Assembly (NCBI RefSeq): GCF_001194135.2
Contig: NC_068982.1
Coordinates: 990,618 to 1,052,286 of the forward strand
DNA: 61,669 nt
From: Octopus bimaculoides
Lineage: Eukaryota
Direction of reading: 5' to 3'
Shown: positions 39,928 through 52,682 of the stretch, piece by piece
How the letters are laid out: each line of letters starts with the position of its first letter
Position numbering within the stretch: position 1 is the first letter of the stretch
Position numbers and translations under genes: made by a program
The notes under the pieces: generated by a model
What the model was told of the DNA's origin: nothing
Databases searched by the model: none
What the model saw: the letters and a program-made list of their open reading frames with translations, nothing else

Positions 39928-40222
39928 CATACACACATGTTGAAATTCTAATGGAACTTTGGATCTAAGTTATAAATCGGCTCTTTCTCTATTGGCAACA
40001 ATTCTTGAAACGAAACTGAATAACGACATACATACATGCATACATACAAACATAGACACATGCATAAATGCCTACATACATACGTGCATGCACACAAAAA
40101 TATATACATACATGCGTACATGCAAAATATTCGTGCATTATATATTGAAATATGTTTTGAATCATGTGACAGTGATACGTCACGATATATACACGTGCTT
40201 TTAGTTTTCACATAACCCGCTA

Positions 40223-40262
<40 letters not shown>

Positions 40263-40294
40263 CTCCCCTCTCTCTCTATCTGTATATTTTTTAA

Positions 40295-40495
40295 TGTATC
40301 AAGGATACCATTGGTTTCATGTTAAGAAATATCTTAATATCGAAACAATCTTTCAGCATGGAAGAATGGTGTTCATCTCTATTTTAGTGTTTTCATCCAA
40401 AATGGCGACGAATACCATTCCTCCATGTGATTAGCTAGGAAAATTAAGATATTAAGATATTTTTCTTACATGAAACCAATGGTAGCCTTAATACA
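40295..40495. mobile_element. About 200-bp fold-back element (MITE-like)
   Basis: Outer arms 40295-40341 and 40448-40495 (TGTATCAAGGATACCATTGGTTTCATG...) and inner arms 40357-40387 / 40397-40427 are reverse complements. Confidence 0.7.
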
Positions 40496-41508
40496 CAAAG
40501 AAATGTTAACCACTAATNNNNNNNNNNNNNNNNNNNNNNNNNNNNNNNNNNNNNNNNNNNNNNNNNNNNNNNNNNNNNNNNNNNNNNNNNNNNNNNNNNN
40601 NNNNNNNNNNNNNNNNNNNNNNNNNNNNNNNNNNNNNNNNNNNNNNNNNNNNNNNNNNNNNNNNNNNNNNNNNNNNNNNNNNNNNNNNNNNNNNNNNNNN
40701 NNNNNNNNNNNNNNNNNNNNNNNNNNNNNNNNNNNNNNNNNNNNNNNNNATACATATGTGCGGGTGGGTGTGTGTATGTGTGTGTGTGTTTGAATGTGTG
40801 TGTGTGAGTGTGTGTGTGTGTGTGTGTGTGTTTGTATGTGTGTGTGTGTGAGTGTGTGTGTGTGTGTATAGAATGAAAATAAAAGAAATATGTATTTTCG
40901 GTATTACTCTACATATCTTCGTAGCATTTTTATTTAAGACAGGTTATATTATGCAACTTGACATGGAACTTTATGGAATATCATGTAATCTTATGCAAGT
41001 TAGTGTTTTCATAAACCGCCGCTCCTTCAGGCAATACACCTTCGAATATATTTGGGTGATACGCCGCCGAACATTTCGTGACATATGAAAGGATTATAAT
41101 AGATTTGTAGAATGTTAAACACAAGGAATATAGAAACAGTGGGAGTGTATATTTAAGCCAGCATCCAAGCAAATCTTTTTATTTCATAGGTAACAGATTA
41201 ATTGTATGCATACTTTAAACGGGAAGTGATCAAACGTTCTTTGTCAAGGAGATATGAATCACAGTGAGGAATAGATTTATATTCCGTAGACTAGGTTAAC
41301 TACGCCATATATCACGTTTTCTAGCAACGGCCACCTGCTGCGTTTCAACTTGACAAGAAATCAGAAATCTTGCCTCAAGGAAGATATTAGCTTGTTTGCT
41401 GTTAAAATGATATAATGATATATTATAAGGATAATGTTTCAATTAACTTAACGTGTGTGGAGAGTCCTTTGGTCAAGTGCAGATGTAGATTAGCGCTGCC
41501 CACCATGT

Positions 41509-41581
<73 letters not shown>

Positions 41582-42021
41582 TTAAGTTCAAAATCACAAC
41601 GTTAAATGTGTGCTTACGTTCTCAGATGTATTTAAATTCGTATATATAAATAGGAGATAAAAATTGATAAGCAATATGATAAACTGGGAGATGCTAAAGC
41701 GAACCTATTATTCGAAGAAATGTGAGGGAATAAAGTGAAACTAATTCATATTGATATTTAAGTTAGAAATTAAAATTTGATTACTATTTTAGAATATTTT
41801 GTTAAGAATGATATGTAATTACATTGGTGCAGGCGAGAAAAGCATACGAAACCATAATATGGAATGAATCATGTCATGTTGCTGAATTAGAGCCCAAGTT
41901 AAAATGAAACATCTATTGTCAAGAAAGTAATAATTCACTTTTATTAATTTGTCTTACCAACGTAATTGCTGCTAATTATATATATATATATATGCATTCA
42001 TATCTATTGCATACACATATA

Positions 42022-42220
42022 ACGATCCTTTCTACTATAGGCACAAAGGCTGAAATTTGGGGAGAGGAAGCCAGTCGATTACATCGATGCCTGTACTCAA
42101 CTGGTATTTGATTTATCAACCCCAAAAGGATGAAAGGCAAAGTCGACTCAGAATATGAAGAGGGACGAAATACCGTTAAGCATTTCGCCCGGCCTGTTAG
42201 CGATTCTGCCAGCTGTCCGC
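42022..42220 (-). mobile_element. SINE family A
   Basis: AAAAGGATGAAAGGCAAAGTCGAC...GCATTTCGCCCGGC...GATTCTGCCAGCTG.CCGCC. Confidence 0.85.
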
Positions 42221-42253
42221 CTTACACTGATGATAATAAGAATACATGCACAC

Positions 42254-42299
<46 letters not shown>

Positions 42300-42309
42300 N
42301 NNNNNNNNN

Positions 42310-42356
<47 letters not shown>

Positions 42357-42504
42357 AACATAGGTATATGCTCATATATATCTACATAATTATGTACGCA
42401 TCTCTATGCAGACACATACGTACATATACACATATATACGAACACAAGAATTGTAATTGCCTTGCCGATACTAGGTTTCTTTGCCAAAAATATATTCCAT
42501 AAAC

Positions 42505-42661
42505 ATTAGCGGTCTTTCGTCTGTCTTTACGTTCTAAATTCAAATTCCGCCGAGGTCGACTTTGCCATTTATCCTTTCGGTGTCGATAAATTAAGTACCA
42601 ATCGTGTACTGGGGTCGATCTAATCGACTGGTCCCCTCCCCTCGTGCCTAGAGTAGAAAAG
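42505..42661 (+). mobile_element. SINE family A, 5'-truncated
   Basis: TTCAAATTCCGCCGAGGTCGACTTTGCC...GGGGTCGATCTAATCGACTGG...GTGCCTAGAGTAGAAAAG. Confidence 0.85.
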
Positions 42662-43289
42662 CATATATTCCATAAACTCTAATAAAATTAAGTATAAGCA
42701 AACGATAAATATTCAGTTAGGGACTAACTTAGCCGGTGCAACTAAGGCCGGTACTGGTTAATCAAGTCAGACTGAACTGTTTTATTCTTAATCTATTTCA
42801 TGTGTGTTAATCTCCATCGACTCCAGAATATAACTCATGGTAGCGACAAGTAACGATGCAAGTAATGAGACCAGGCTGCATTGTTTTAATAGGAATCCTT
42901 GTGAATTACATCAACACCGACTCCCAGTATTATACTCGTATATCCCCAAGGTAGGTTCAATGTACAGGTTTATAATATAAGGAAGTTCATCACATCCCGT
43001 GTCAGCATCTTATTCTTAACTCATCCTCTATGTGAGTTTTCGCCAGCTGCTGATATGTTTGGGCATTTTGTGACCCGATACGTCTATGGGAAATGCCTTC
43101 TCGCAGTTTTGTAGGCTTTCAAATGTATATCTGCTTTGATAAGATGTACTAAGCCTAATTTGTCCAATACAGGTCCCATCACTAATAACAAATATATGTA
43201 TGTATGTATGCATGTATGCATGTATGTATGTATGTATGTATGTATGTATGCATGCATGCATGCATGCATGTGCGTATACATACAAGCAT

Positions 43290-43572
43290 ATATGTATGTC
43301 ACAGCATCGACTAAATCATCAGACACACCACTGGTCACAATGCACTTACAATTCTGTCTGGATTGCGCCCCAAATTGCTTGACTAAATCATCTTCCCATG
43401 GTCGTGGAGGCCTTCCAAGAAACCTTTACCAATCTCTTGGGAACCACTCAGCAACTGCACGGTTCCATTTGTTGTCTGTAAACTTTGCAACATGTCTCAC
43501 CCAGTGGGACTTGTGATTTTGGTATTCTAAACGGTCACATCGTTCACTCCGCTCCATTCTCGAATTATCTCA
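43290..43572 (-). mobile_element. RTE-clade LINE 3' fragment
   Basis: Minus strand: IIREWSGVNDV / HWVRHVAKFTDNKWNRAVAEWFPRDW*RFLGRPPRPWEDDL. Confidence 0.8.
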
Positions 43573-43827
43573 TNNNNNNNNNNNNNNNNNNNNNNNNNNN
43601 NNNNNNNNNNNNNNNNNNNNNNNNNNNNNNNNNNNNNNNNNNNNNNNNNNNNNNNNNNNNNNNNNNNNNNNNNNNNNNNNNNNNNNNNNNNNNNNNNNNN
43701 NNNNNNNNNNNNNNNNNNNNNNNNNNNNNNNNNNNNNNNNNNNTATATATATATATGCATGTAATTTCATTTGAACTAGTGTCAGCTCATAAGCTGTCGC
43801 ACCGCCATTTGGTGCATGAGGGAGTTG

Positions 43828-43889
<62 letters not shown>

Positions 43890-44289
43890 TATATGCATAC
43901 AAACCCATACATACATACAAATACACATGTGTGTGTGTATGTGCGGGCTTGTGTGCGTGTAGTTTAATGTATACGATATTAAAATAAGAGCTATTAACTG
44001 TTTCCTGCCATGGACATACGGTAATTCGGCAGATTTATGTAATGATCCTCGTGTCTTCAAGCATTCTTTCCGGATCAGTGCACAGTGTTTATCCTATTTG
44101 AAAACCAGGATGCTGATATATGAGAAAACATGAAAAAAAAATAGCGAGACATTTGATGCAAAATGTGGAATGAGAAGACAAAGGGTGAATAAAACCGGAA
44201 AAAGAAAGAAAACCAACAGTTGTGTTCCCTTTGTCCATAGAAAACATAATTAATCTAGTCACTGTAGAATAATTCAACGATGAGGGGGT

Positions 44290-44634
44290 GCAAATTTTGT
44301 GAGACAGCTGCTAAATTTGTGAGAAGATGTTGGACCTGGGATTAAGTAATGTGGAGGAATTCTTGGATCTAAAGCGAACGACTGATCTTTCAGCTACGCA
44401 AAGATTGCATCTCTTAGATATATTTCCATATAACATAGATTTCTTCATGATCCTACACTTGACTGTATGTAGTGTGCAGTTGGTCTTCAGATACCATACG
44501 TTAGACAGTGGTTTTAATTTTGTCAGTTTGTCGGAAAGAAAACCGATGGGTTGCATAAGGTCTTTAAAACTGCTTTCAAAAGAACCGATGTAATATCTCG
44601 TTTCACTTACGTCATCCTTGGTTACATTCCTCAA
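44290..44634 (-). mobile_element. Penelope-like element GIY-YIG endonuclease C-terminal remnant
   Basis: RYYIGSFESSFK...LSNVWYLK...YGNISKRCNLCVAE...LLNPRSNIFSQ matches the YIG..E..FK / LS..VW.LK / KRCNLC / LLN.RS pattern of PLE endonucleases. Confidence 0.8.
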
Positions 44635-44789
44635 TTATACATGCTATAAGATTTTGCCAAGTATAAATAGGAATATGAATAGAAACAGGATAACATGTAT
44701 AAAATCAATAGAAGCGAAATGCGCGCTGGATTCGCACACGTGCAACGAATGAGAACACAATTACAGAATCCCCTACTTAACTCCTAAAT

Positions 44790-44824
<35 letters not shown>

Positions 44825-44886
44825 ATACATACGTCCATATATACATACATACCCGCATGCAGGTAGATATATACACACACACACGC

Positions 44887-44966
<80 letters not shown>

Positions 44967-45200
44967 TTGTTTAAAAGAGTTCCAACACTGTTTTTTATGT
45001 TTTATTTATATTCCTGCAGAACCAATGTGGGGTATAGAATACGGAATATACAATATATAATATAATATACAATATATAATATAAAATAAAATAAAATAAA
45101 AATGGATGGCACCATGAAAGAAAGTATTGAATGTAGATGAAATATTGACTGTTCAATATAAAGGATTAAATATATAAATATATAAATATAAATATATAAA

Positions 45201-45240
45201 AGCGACTCGAGTTTCAGGGCTATTTCCCTTCGTCATGGCC
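45201..45240 (-). ncRNA. Hammerhead-ribozyme-like motif with a C3-to-A change
   Basis: Minus strand: C AUGACGA AGGG aaauag CCCU GAAA CUCGAG UC G. Helix II is 4 bp, helix III is the palindrome ACUCGAGU, GUC triplet; helix I is weak. Confidence 0.5.
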
Positions 45241-45959
45241 GGTATGACAGACTTTAACAGACTGCATATATATATATATACTCGCATATATATATATATA
45301 TATACACATACCCACGCTAAATGTATATATCCGCTATAGTTCTAATATCTGTAATGGTGATGAGTTGGGATATATATAGTGATGCAGGGGAATATATATG
45401 CTGTGCATCTGTATGCACAGAGAGAGTTAAGTAGATGTACGCTTGTGTATCAACATTGATCAGGAAGTACAATGGAATATGTGAATAATGAAATCATCAA
45501 CGACAAATGAAACAATTAGAGCAACACTATTCACCGAATCATCATTTATAGTGCGATGCGCTTTTGTTACGTAGCTACAACTACATTCAAAAGATCAAAC
45601 TAAAAGTAACCTATTGTGAAATTGTGCAAAATAATACATTTAATTATTGTCTCTGTCTTCTTGGCAAAACATTTGATGAGAAATCATATGTTACAACAGG
45701 TTCTCAAACAATTTTCTCCACAGACATTGCTGTTATTAAATACATTTCATTTTTGAAATAACGTTCTAAAAGTTAAAATGAACGAAATCCTTTTGATTAA
45801 TATCTTGTTGCAATCTGTTCAGTCATCACAATGCGAAAATGTTCACGAGTTGAAGTTAAATGTAAAATACAAGAACTATACGAATTTGCGCGTGTATGTG
45901 TGTATGTATTTTCGTATGTGTGTGCACGCGTGTGTGTGCAAGTGCGTCTGTCTCTGTGT

Positions 45960-46335
45960 TTTCTTTCATCGTTTACTTGTTTTAACTTGCGGCCATGCTA
46001 GGGCTCCGCCTTGAAAGTTTTGTAGAAATCGACCTCGGAATCTATTTTATTTTAAAGCCTGGTACTTATCCTATTTCCCTCTTGTTGAACCGCTAAGTTA
46101 CGGGTATGTAAACAAGGCAACAGCGATTGTGGAGTGACAGTGGAGGACAAACAACACAAACACGCACGCACCAATATGACAGTCTTTCACATTTCGTCTT
46201 CTATATCCACTCACAAAGAATTGATCGGCACGTGCCTTTTTTTGTGTCTGGATACTTGCCCAAGCTGCTTCGTGGTGAGACGGAAACCAAGACCAAACGG
46301 TTGAGAAGCAAGCTTCTTACTACTTAGCTCTACCT
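45960..46335 (-). mobile_element. SINE family B
   Basis: TGCGGCCATGCTAGGGCTCCGCCTTGAAAG, GAACCGCTAAGTTACGGG, ACTTGCCCAAG and GAAGCAAGCTTCTTAC segments. Confidence 0.8.
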
Positions 46336-46899
46336 TCACCTAGATACAGAATGTATATTGCTTTGTCTGCGTAATTTTATAGATGAACTATTTTTGAGTG
46401 CTGGCACTTTTACTCTCAGATAAGGACGAGCTACTGTGGTAAGGCATTGCACGAATTATCATGAAATATCTTTATGGGCTGCAATATTTACATACAGTGT
46501 TTTTACTTGGCCTACGAACACTATTACAACGTTCTCTTGAGTTCTGTAATACGTTCTGTGAGCGTTATATTAATTCCTAATAAACTCCATATTTGACTAC
46601 CAATCGTAAGTTTTGCAATCGAGATATCTATATAACATTTATATAAAACACAGAATTTTATCGCTTATGCACCTTTCCTGTAAGTTTGTGATCTTATACT
46701 GATCTGTTAATGCTGTTAAGTTACCTAAGATTGGTATGTTCGATCCAAAGGGCTTAGACAAAATAACAGAACCGCCTTGTTAAATGGATGTTTTATTATT
46801 TAATAAGGAGTTGACAACTCTCTGGCATTTTTCACAATTACAGTATATTGACAAATTGACAAATTGACTCGTACGCGTTCTAAGCGACGGTTAGAAAAA

Positions 46900-47125
46900 C
46901 TTTGAGCCCTTCTTGAAGTAAACTTACTTTAGTTCTTTTAGCGAACGTAGCAGAAGCAAGCGGCACCATAAATGTTCGATTATACTGAGATTCGGTGAAG
47001 GATGACGGGGTGCAAAGCAAGTGGCATATTCCACTTTTGTGCTCTTCGAACTAATATTAGCCGTGTGAATCGCCGCACTATCGAGCTGGAAAATTGTGCT
47101 ACCATCAGAGAACAATGTCCCATAG
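46900..47125 (-). mobile_element. Tc1 (DD34E-type) transposase C-terminal relic
   Basis: DGSTIFQLDSAAIHTA...PSPNLSIIEHLWC...SLKELK resembles FQDDNAPIHTA / SPDLNIIEHLW. Confidence 0.7.
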
Positions 47126-47151
47126 AATGGGAATTAAACTAAACTGTAAGA

Positions 47152-47218
47152 CAGGGCTGGCCAATCTGAAGCCCACGGGCCTAATGCGGCTCGCAGACTT
47201 TTATCTTGCGGCCCGCAA
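47152..47218 (+). mobile_element. hAT (Charlie/Buster-like) terminal fragment
   Basis: CAGGGCTGGCCAATCTG.AGCCCACGGGCC..ATGCGGCTCGC resembles CAGGG...CAAC..CGGCCCGCGGGCC hAT ends; the partner end was not found. Confidence 0.5.
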
Positions 47219-47535
47219 GTTTCTTTCTTAGTTACTTAGAGTATAAAGAATAATATCAAAATGCAGAGAATGAAGAATTTGAACCTTCAAACTTAATATT
47301 TATTTCCAGTTAGAATAAAAGTCCGACACGTGTTTTGATCGCACCAATCGCATATTGTTGCACATTCGTATGCAGCGATTTATGCATTATTGGTGCGTTC
47401 ACTTCAGGGCAAATAAATTTGACATCGTTTGACAAGGAATTTTCTTCTTCAATTAGTTTGAATTAGATTTGGTAGCAGTAGTAACCTCTGAATATTCCTC
47501 AATGAGATGTTTATGCAACAATGTATACATACGTG

Positions 47536-47585
<50 letters not shown>

Positions 47586-47734
47586 CACACACTTTTATAT
47601 AGATATATATATATAATAAATATTTATTTAAATACTCATATGTGTCGATATGTATTAATATATGTATACGCATTTTAAGTCGAATTTATAACTGTACCAT
47701 TATGAATGCTTCATTTCAGTTTACATCTTAAGTA

Positions 47735-47799
<65 letters not shown>

Positions 47800-48296
47800 C
47801 TCTCTATATATATGGTAGAAAATATTTTAGTGAGGAAACACGTTGTGGATATAAAATAGAGAAAGAGAAAAGATGAAAAAACACCACACACACATACATT
47901 CTCACTCCATCTCACCCCGCACACATACATAATATATGTATATATATACATATTCTTACATACATAAAGGCAAAGACATGCATACAACTACATTTCCACA
48001 TTTACAATTTCATATATAAAGAGGATGGTGTTGGTGCGTGGAAACAAGGCTTATAAAAAAATTTGAGTGTAGTTGTGGGAGGCGATGAAAAATCGTACGT
48101 TTCGGACAAACTCTTTCATGTGAAAGTTGACAGGAGAGAAATTAAAGAGTGAGTCGCCCCCCACCCACTCAATTTCTCTCCTGCCAACTTTCCTCTGAAG
48201 GAGTCCGTGAGACCATCTACTATCCAAGACATGTTCACCCTTCACTTTTTGTCGATATATGTGAGCGCGCGCATGTGTGTGTGTGTGTGTGTGAGT

Positions 48297-48342
<46 letters not shown>

Positions 48343-48811
48343 NNNNNNNNNNNNNNNNNNNNNNNNNNNNNNNNNNNNNNNNNNNNNNNNNNNNNNNNNN
48401 NNNNNNNNNNNNNNNNNNNNNNNNNNNNNNNNNNNNNNNNNNNNNNNNNNNNNNNNNNNNNNNNNNNNNNNNNNNNNNNNNNNNNNNNNNNNNNNNNNNN
48501 NNNNNNNNNNNNNNNNNNNNNNNNNNNNNNNNNNNNNNNNNNNNNNNNNNNNNNNNNNNNNNNNNNNNNNNNNNNNNNNNNNNNNNNNNNNNNNNNNNNN
48601 NNNNNNNNNNNNNNNNNNNNNNNNNNNNNNNNNNNNNNNNNNNNNNNNNNNNNNNNNNNNNNNNNNNNNNNNNNNNNNNNNNNNNNNNNNNNNNNNNNNN
48701 NNNNNNNNNNNNNNNNNNNNNNNNNNNNNNNNNNNNNNNNNNNNNNNNNNNNNNNNNNNNNNNNNNNNNNNNNNNNNNNNNNNNNNNNNNNNNNNNNNNN
48801 NNNNNNNNNNN

Positions 48812-48903
<92 letters not shown>

Positions 48904-50119
48904 AGCGCATTAGTTTTCAGAATATTTCCTCAGAATATATTGGTAACATTCTGTCTATGCTTATAGAAATATCTTGAAAGCATCTAAGATTCTTACATTC
49001 TGTTGAGGTTAAATAAGTTTCAGCTATCTTTGAAGGTGGTTGCAATGTAACTGAGATAACAGCTGAGCTGATAGCTAATGTTCGATATAACAGGCTCTTC
49101 GTGTGTGTAATTGTGCATATCTTATGTGAGTAAGAAGAGAGAAAAGTTGAGTGACAAAGGGAGATATTGCAAGGTAGAGGGTGTGCGTGTGTGTGCGTGT
49201 GTGTGAACGAATGAGAAAATAGACTGTGCGAAGACGATGCTATTCGTTACTTTTGTTTTGTTCTGTCTTTCATTCATTTGATGTTAGCGCTCGAGAATGA
49301 TACATTAAATTTTTGGTCAAGGTGACGAGAAGTTAGGTCACCTTGAACCTGATATTAGCTGCGTTAATAAATAACCATCGTAGTCTTGTTAAGTATGAAG
49401 CCTTGACACACTCCTTACTGCATTAGTCATATTTCCCTTTTCGTTCGAATCGAGCCTTTGTACCCTTCCGTTCCTGATAAGACCATTTCTTTCCCAATCT
49501 TTTATTAAAGATAATGTCTAAAACATGATCATGGAGACAGAACAGGATTCCAATTACTTATTCTGTCATCTCCAACCGGTGCTACATTTGACTTTCATCA
49601 ACATAGCAGTGATTAGATATGTAAGATGGTTAATCAAGGTTTGTTTAAATAATATAAAATCTTCAGGTAACTTAATGAACTATGGTGAATCAGTGAAGTC
49701 AGAAAGGCCAGAGATTCTGATTTAATTCCAAATGAAGTTCTCAGTCGACATCAATATGTCATTGTAAAACAAAAGTAAGAAAGAAAAAAAGCTAGTTACT
49801 CATATAGTAACTGTAACCATCAGGAATGCTATCTTTTTCCTTGCGAAATTGTCGTTTCTATTTATACGTCAGATGCCTGTTGGTGGTAAGAATAACAACA
49901 ACAGGAAATTTTTAGCAATCTAACAAATATTTTTACAACAAATTAATAGTAGTCTCACTTCAGTCAAATATTTTATTCGTTACAATTACTCTCATGATAA
50001 TATTTTGCAGTTCTCCAAATAGAAAAAAAAGCTACCGATTCAATATAATAATAGAAATTGCTTGTTGTATTGATGCTTCACTTTTATTGTCTTTTCTTTG
50101 CCCTTGTATCATCAGAGTC

Positions 50120-50420
50120 ATCGTTGCAGATATTTATTTGAATGAGAGTGGTAACAGTCGCCTCTCCACAATTTATTGTTTCTCTCAAGTAGATATCGAC
50201 TGCGATCGACACCACTTTAGACAGATCATAAGTTGCTCAGGATGCATTGGCATATATTTTGATGTAGGTCGTTGTAATCCATGAACTAAGTCTATCAAAT
50301 ATTTACTACTAGCTATAACATCTCTTGCCTTTGGTAACAATTTGATCGGAAGACGCTCTGGACAAGGGTCACTTTAAATGATTATTTTCCCTCAACACAC
50401 AATTCGTATCTGCTTTTATT
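50120..50420 (-). mobile_element. Possible very old LINE RT N-terminal relic
   Basis: Minus-strand SIAVDIYLRETINCG loosely resembles IVPIYKKG..DC.NYR; weak. Confidence 0.2.
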
Positions 50421-51074
50421 TCTACTCAACCGGTCTGAAGAATTGTATGCAAATATCATGGGTTATTTGCTAAACAAAGTAGATGTTAGCACCCAAGAGA
50501 GTGTCCCTGTCTGTCTCCAGTTTGTAGATTGTATAACCTCTTCAAATTATACACATTCCAAGCAATGCTTGTTAACAAAACACGTCAAATATGATTGTAG
50601 AATAGTGTTAGAATGGCTCTGCTGATGTATATTAGAAATTGTTCGTAGTCTCAAAATATCACGAGCAAAATGGAGTATATTTGAATATATTGCCAATCGC
50701 CAGCTACTTCGATAATTTTATAAGTACTGAGCTTATACTGGGGGTGTCGTAAATGCGCTTCACTCTTCAATAAGCAAACTATGTTCTTATCGAGTTACTC
50801 CTTTAAACGCACACATTTTACATTATATTCTAATGAGTGTAATTAGCACATGTGGTTATATAAACAGTAGCTGCACCAGTCATGGTGCGACTTACAACAG
50901 TTTTTATAGACAATAGTTTATAAACAGTAGTTATACCATGCTCAACTTAGGATAATTTTTACTTTCCGTGTGTATGCAAGCAATTACTAACTAGCAGTAT
51001 TGCAATGTCGTCCGCAAGTCGAAAGGGTTATCAATGTCTGATCTATAACTAACTGGTACTCCGTCAGTTACGTC

Positions 51075-51365
51075 GCCAAATGTTCAATTTGATCCGATCA
51101 ACAGAACAGCCTCCTCCTGAAATAACCGTGCAAGTTGCGGAACACAGACACGTGTTCCCTTAACGTAGTTCTCAGAGAGATTCAGGTGTGACACAGAATG
51201 TGACAAGGCGGTTCCCTTTGAATTACAGGTACAACCCATTTTTACCAGCTGAGTAGAATGGAGCAACGTGAAATAACTTTTCAAAGACAACGCATAGCCG
51301 TGAATCGAGCTCATAACCTTACGATTGTGAGCCGAATACTGCAGCTATTAAGCCAAGTGCCTTCA
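51075..51365 (-). mobile_element. SINE family C
   Basis: The minus strand starts GTGAAGGCACTTGGCTTAATAGC...GAGCTCGATTC, then CTCAGCTGGTAAAAATGGGT and GAGAACTACGTTAAGGG. Confidence 0.75.
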
Positions 51366-51943
51366 CGTCTGATCTATGTAGTTCGGTTGAAGCAACGCGC
51401 GTTACAAAGTAGGTATTGGTTTATGTCGTTTAGGCAAAAATACTTTAAATATTTGGGAAGGAGTAAAGGTGGGGGTGTTTATATATCTCTCTGAATTCTA
51501 CACTTTTCTTCGAAGAGAGATAACTTCATCTGGACTTCATAAGACTTTACTTCTTGGTACACATGATATAAAAGAAATTTTAACACTTTATAAAGATATC
51601 TTTTTTATGTATGTCTTGGCATTCTACTTCTAAATAATTATAGAAAATTATTTGTATTGCTTAGTATGTACTTAATATGAAATAAGTGTGATAGTAATTT
51701 CTGAAAGAATTTGAGAATATAGACATCTCTTTTGCCTGAACAGGCTGTTCTATGTTGGAGGTAGTTAAACAGAAACATTTCGTTGAACAAAATTTGAAGA
51801 TATTCTTCTACTTGGCTACAAGCCATTTGCATTTGTGAACAAGGAATAGAAAATGTGGAAAATAATAATTCCTATATTTAACAGGAAGATTTCACCGGCT
51901 TCTAAATTATAAACTGGAATCATTTCATTTGTTTGCGAGAGTT

Positions 51944-51975
<32 letters not shown>

Positions 51976-52452
51976 AGATAATTTGTCGTCACCGTCATAA
52001 TCACCATCACCATCATCAATGTTGTTATTATTATTATTATTATTATGATGATGATGATGATGATGATCATCATCATCGTTATCATCAGCCCACGCCGCAA
52101 CCGGTGGTAGCTACTGCTGCTGTTTGTATTGGCACTGCTGCCGCTGTTGCCGCTATAATCGCTCTTTTCAATCCATTTCCAAGAGAAAAGGACCTTAATA
52201 AAATGAAACAGTCTTGGCCGAAACTGTTTCTATATTTTAAACATCCACCGATTGGGGTCTCCCAAACAGTTGATAACAGAATGACGTAACTTGAGTTTAC
52301 TTAGCATTTCATGTCGTGGACAAAAAGAGTCATTGATATTTTGCGCCGACAAGAAGAAGACTTCAAATGTTCATATTTCACATACAGAACCAAAAACAGA
52401 ACAACGCTAATTGCGGCGCCAATTATTAATGAACAGAAAAAAAAATTAAGAC

Positions 52453-52620
52453 GCAGGCGTGGCTGCTGGTAAGAAGTTTGCTCCCTGACCACATCGTTGC
52501 GGGTTCGGTTCCGCTGAGAGGTACGTTGGGCAAGTGTTTTCTACTCTAGCCACGAGCGGACTAAAGCCTTGTCAGTGAGGCTGACAGAAACTGAAAGAAG
52601 CTCATCATAAATATGTGTGT
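52453..52620 (+). mobile_element. SINE family B, 5' half
   Basis: GGCGTGGCTG..GGTAAGAAGTTTGCT...GGGTTCGGTTCC...TTGGGCAAGTGTTTTCTACT. Confidence 0.8.
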
Positions 52621-52643
52621 ATATATATNNNNNNNNNNNNNNN

Positions 52644-52680
<37 letters not shown>

Positions 52681-52682
<2 letters not shown>

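Noticed and set aside
43985-44060. CTGCC...GGCAG-GAAAC downstream of the PLE endonuclease (minus strand)
   Set aside because: No CUGANGA box next to the stem, so it cannot be called a ribozyme.
48095-48125. Minus-strand AUGAAAGA...GUCCGAAACGUA
   Set aside because: The core has several changes and helix II does not pair; at most an unrecognisable relic.
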